Assembly (NCBI RefSeq): GCF_000015225.1
Contig: NC_008698.1
Coordinates: 930,001-962,000, forward strand
Direction of reading: 5' to 3'
From: Thermofilum pendens Hrk 5
GTDB taxonomy: Archaea; Thermoproteota; Thermoprotei; Thermofilales; Thermofilaceae
Length of the DNA stretch: 32,000 nt
The translations under genes were made by a program, and so were the position numbers. This document shows positions 31,236 through 32,000 of this stretch, one piece after another. The notes under the pieces were generated by a model that saw nothing but the letters and a program-made list of their open reading frames with translations, searched no databases and was not told where the DNA came from. Position 1 is the stretch's first letter, and every line of letters begins with the position of its first letter.

Positions 31236-32000
31236 ATGGACGAGATAGAGGAGTACGCTAGGAGGCTTGGAGGGCTGATACGCGAGAAGGGTAGGCTAAC
31301 GGTAGACGAGATACTAGACTGGGGGCAGAGGGAGGGGCTCAACTCTCTCACTTTGTACATGGTCGTGGAGAGCCTCCTGGAGGACGCCTCCTTCAAGCCG
31401 AGCGGGGAAAGGAGGGTAATAGACTCCTACTTAAACCTGGAGCTCCCGGAGAAGGTTGAATACGTAGCCGCGAAGGCTGAGGAGAAAGCCGGGGAGGTCC
31501 CCGCGAAGGCTCCTCCGCGCCCCAGGGAGGAGAAGGGGAGGAAGCCCAAAAAGCAACCTCCACGCGTGAAGCCGTCGAGGGAGCGCTCCCTCCTGGAGTT
31601 CTTCGGGGAAGAGCGGGAGGAGCCCTCTCGGGAGGAGCCGGTCGAGCGGGGAGAAGAGGGCGGCGAGGAGCCTGAACGAAGGGAGGAGCCTGCCCCTGAA
31701 CCCGCGGCGGAGCCCCGGGCGAGCGTCGGGGTTCAAGAGGTAGACTGTAGCGAGGTCTCGGACCTGCTGGGGAACGAGGCTTACGAGAGGGCTTTAAGGT
31801 ACCTTTGCACGTACTGGAGCATCGGGCTCTTAAGGCTGATGGACGACCTGATTAGGATGGGGGTCAAGGAGCCGAGGAAGTTCCTGGCGGAGCTGGCGAA
31901 GAGGGGTCTCATAGAGGTGACGGAGCTGGAGGTCGTCAACGCGAAGGAGAAGCTCCTCAAGCTTTCCGAGTGCTTCGGCAAGGATAGAAGCACGCTTGTC
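31236..32000 (+). CDS. hypothetical protein, 3' end off-window (two helical ends joined by a charged Pro/Glu/Arg linker)
   Basis: Absent from the ORF track because it has no stop in-window. I translated 255 consecutive sense codons from ATG 31236 to nt 32000. TATA-like box 27-33 nt upstream. Three minus-strand track ORFs in this region look like its antisense shadows. Confidence 0.6.
   Translation, partial: MDEIEEYARRLGGLIREKGRLTVDEILDWGQREGLNSLTLYMVVESLLEDASFKPSGERRVIDSYLNLELPEKVEYVAAKAEEKAGEVPAKAPPRPREEKGRKPKKQPPRVKPSRERSLLEFFGEEREEPSREEPVERGEEGGEEPERREEPAPEPAAEPRASVGVQEVDCSEVSDLLGNEAYERALRYLCTYWSIGLLRLMDDLIRMGVKEPRKFLAELAKRGLIEVTELEVVNAKEKLLKLSECFGKDRSTLV

Overview
High-GC (~65-70% in hand-sampled lines) archaeal chromosome segment, probably from a hyperthermophilic crenarchaeon. 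Support: TATA-like boxes ~25-35 nt upstream of many starts, GGTGA-type SD sites and overlapping stop/start codons inside operons, SurE/THEP1/Lhr/HhH-GPD housekeeping genes, and many MNT/HEPN genes. The left ~9.7 kb is a lower-GC (~50%) accessory block. It opens with four translationally coupled genes: a DUF1156-type adenine methylase (5' end off-window), a ~1020-aa DUF499/BrxC-like ATPase, a 132-aa unknown, and an SNF2 helicase fused to a PD-(D/E)xK nuclease domain. This looks like an R-M/BREX-related (Hma-like) candidate defence system with no characterised mechanism. Next come an M48 membrane protease, a ~190-bp tract that is ~83% G+T, and a ParA-like ATPase paired with a small PD-(D/E)xK-fold protein. 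That pair has a clearly paralogous second copy at 19.4-20.7 kb. Other notable content: a coiled-coil/PD-(D/E)xK protein carrying an in-frame 42-bp tandem array, three MNT/HEPN loci in three different architectures, and an operon where two extremely Trp/Tyr/Pro-rich micro-proteins precede a NifX-like protein and two MinD-ferredoxin ATPases. The right half is mostly housekeeping. Two edge-truncated ORFs are missing or shortened in the ORF track (nt 2-1495 and 31236-32000). I recognised no rRNA, tRNA, CRISPR array, transposase or integrase.
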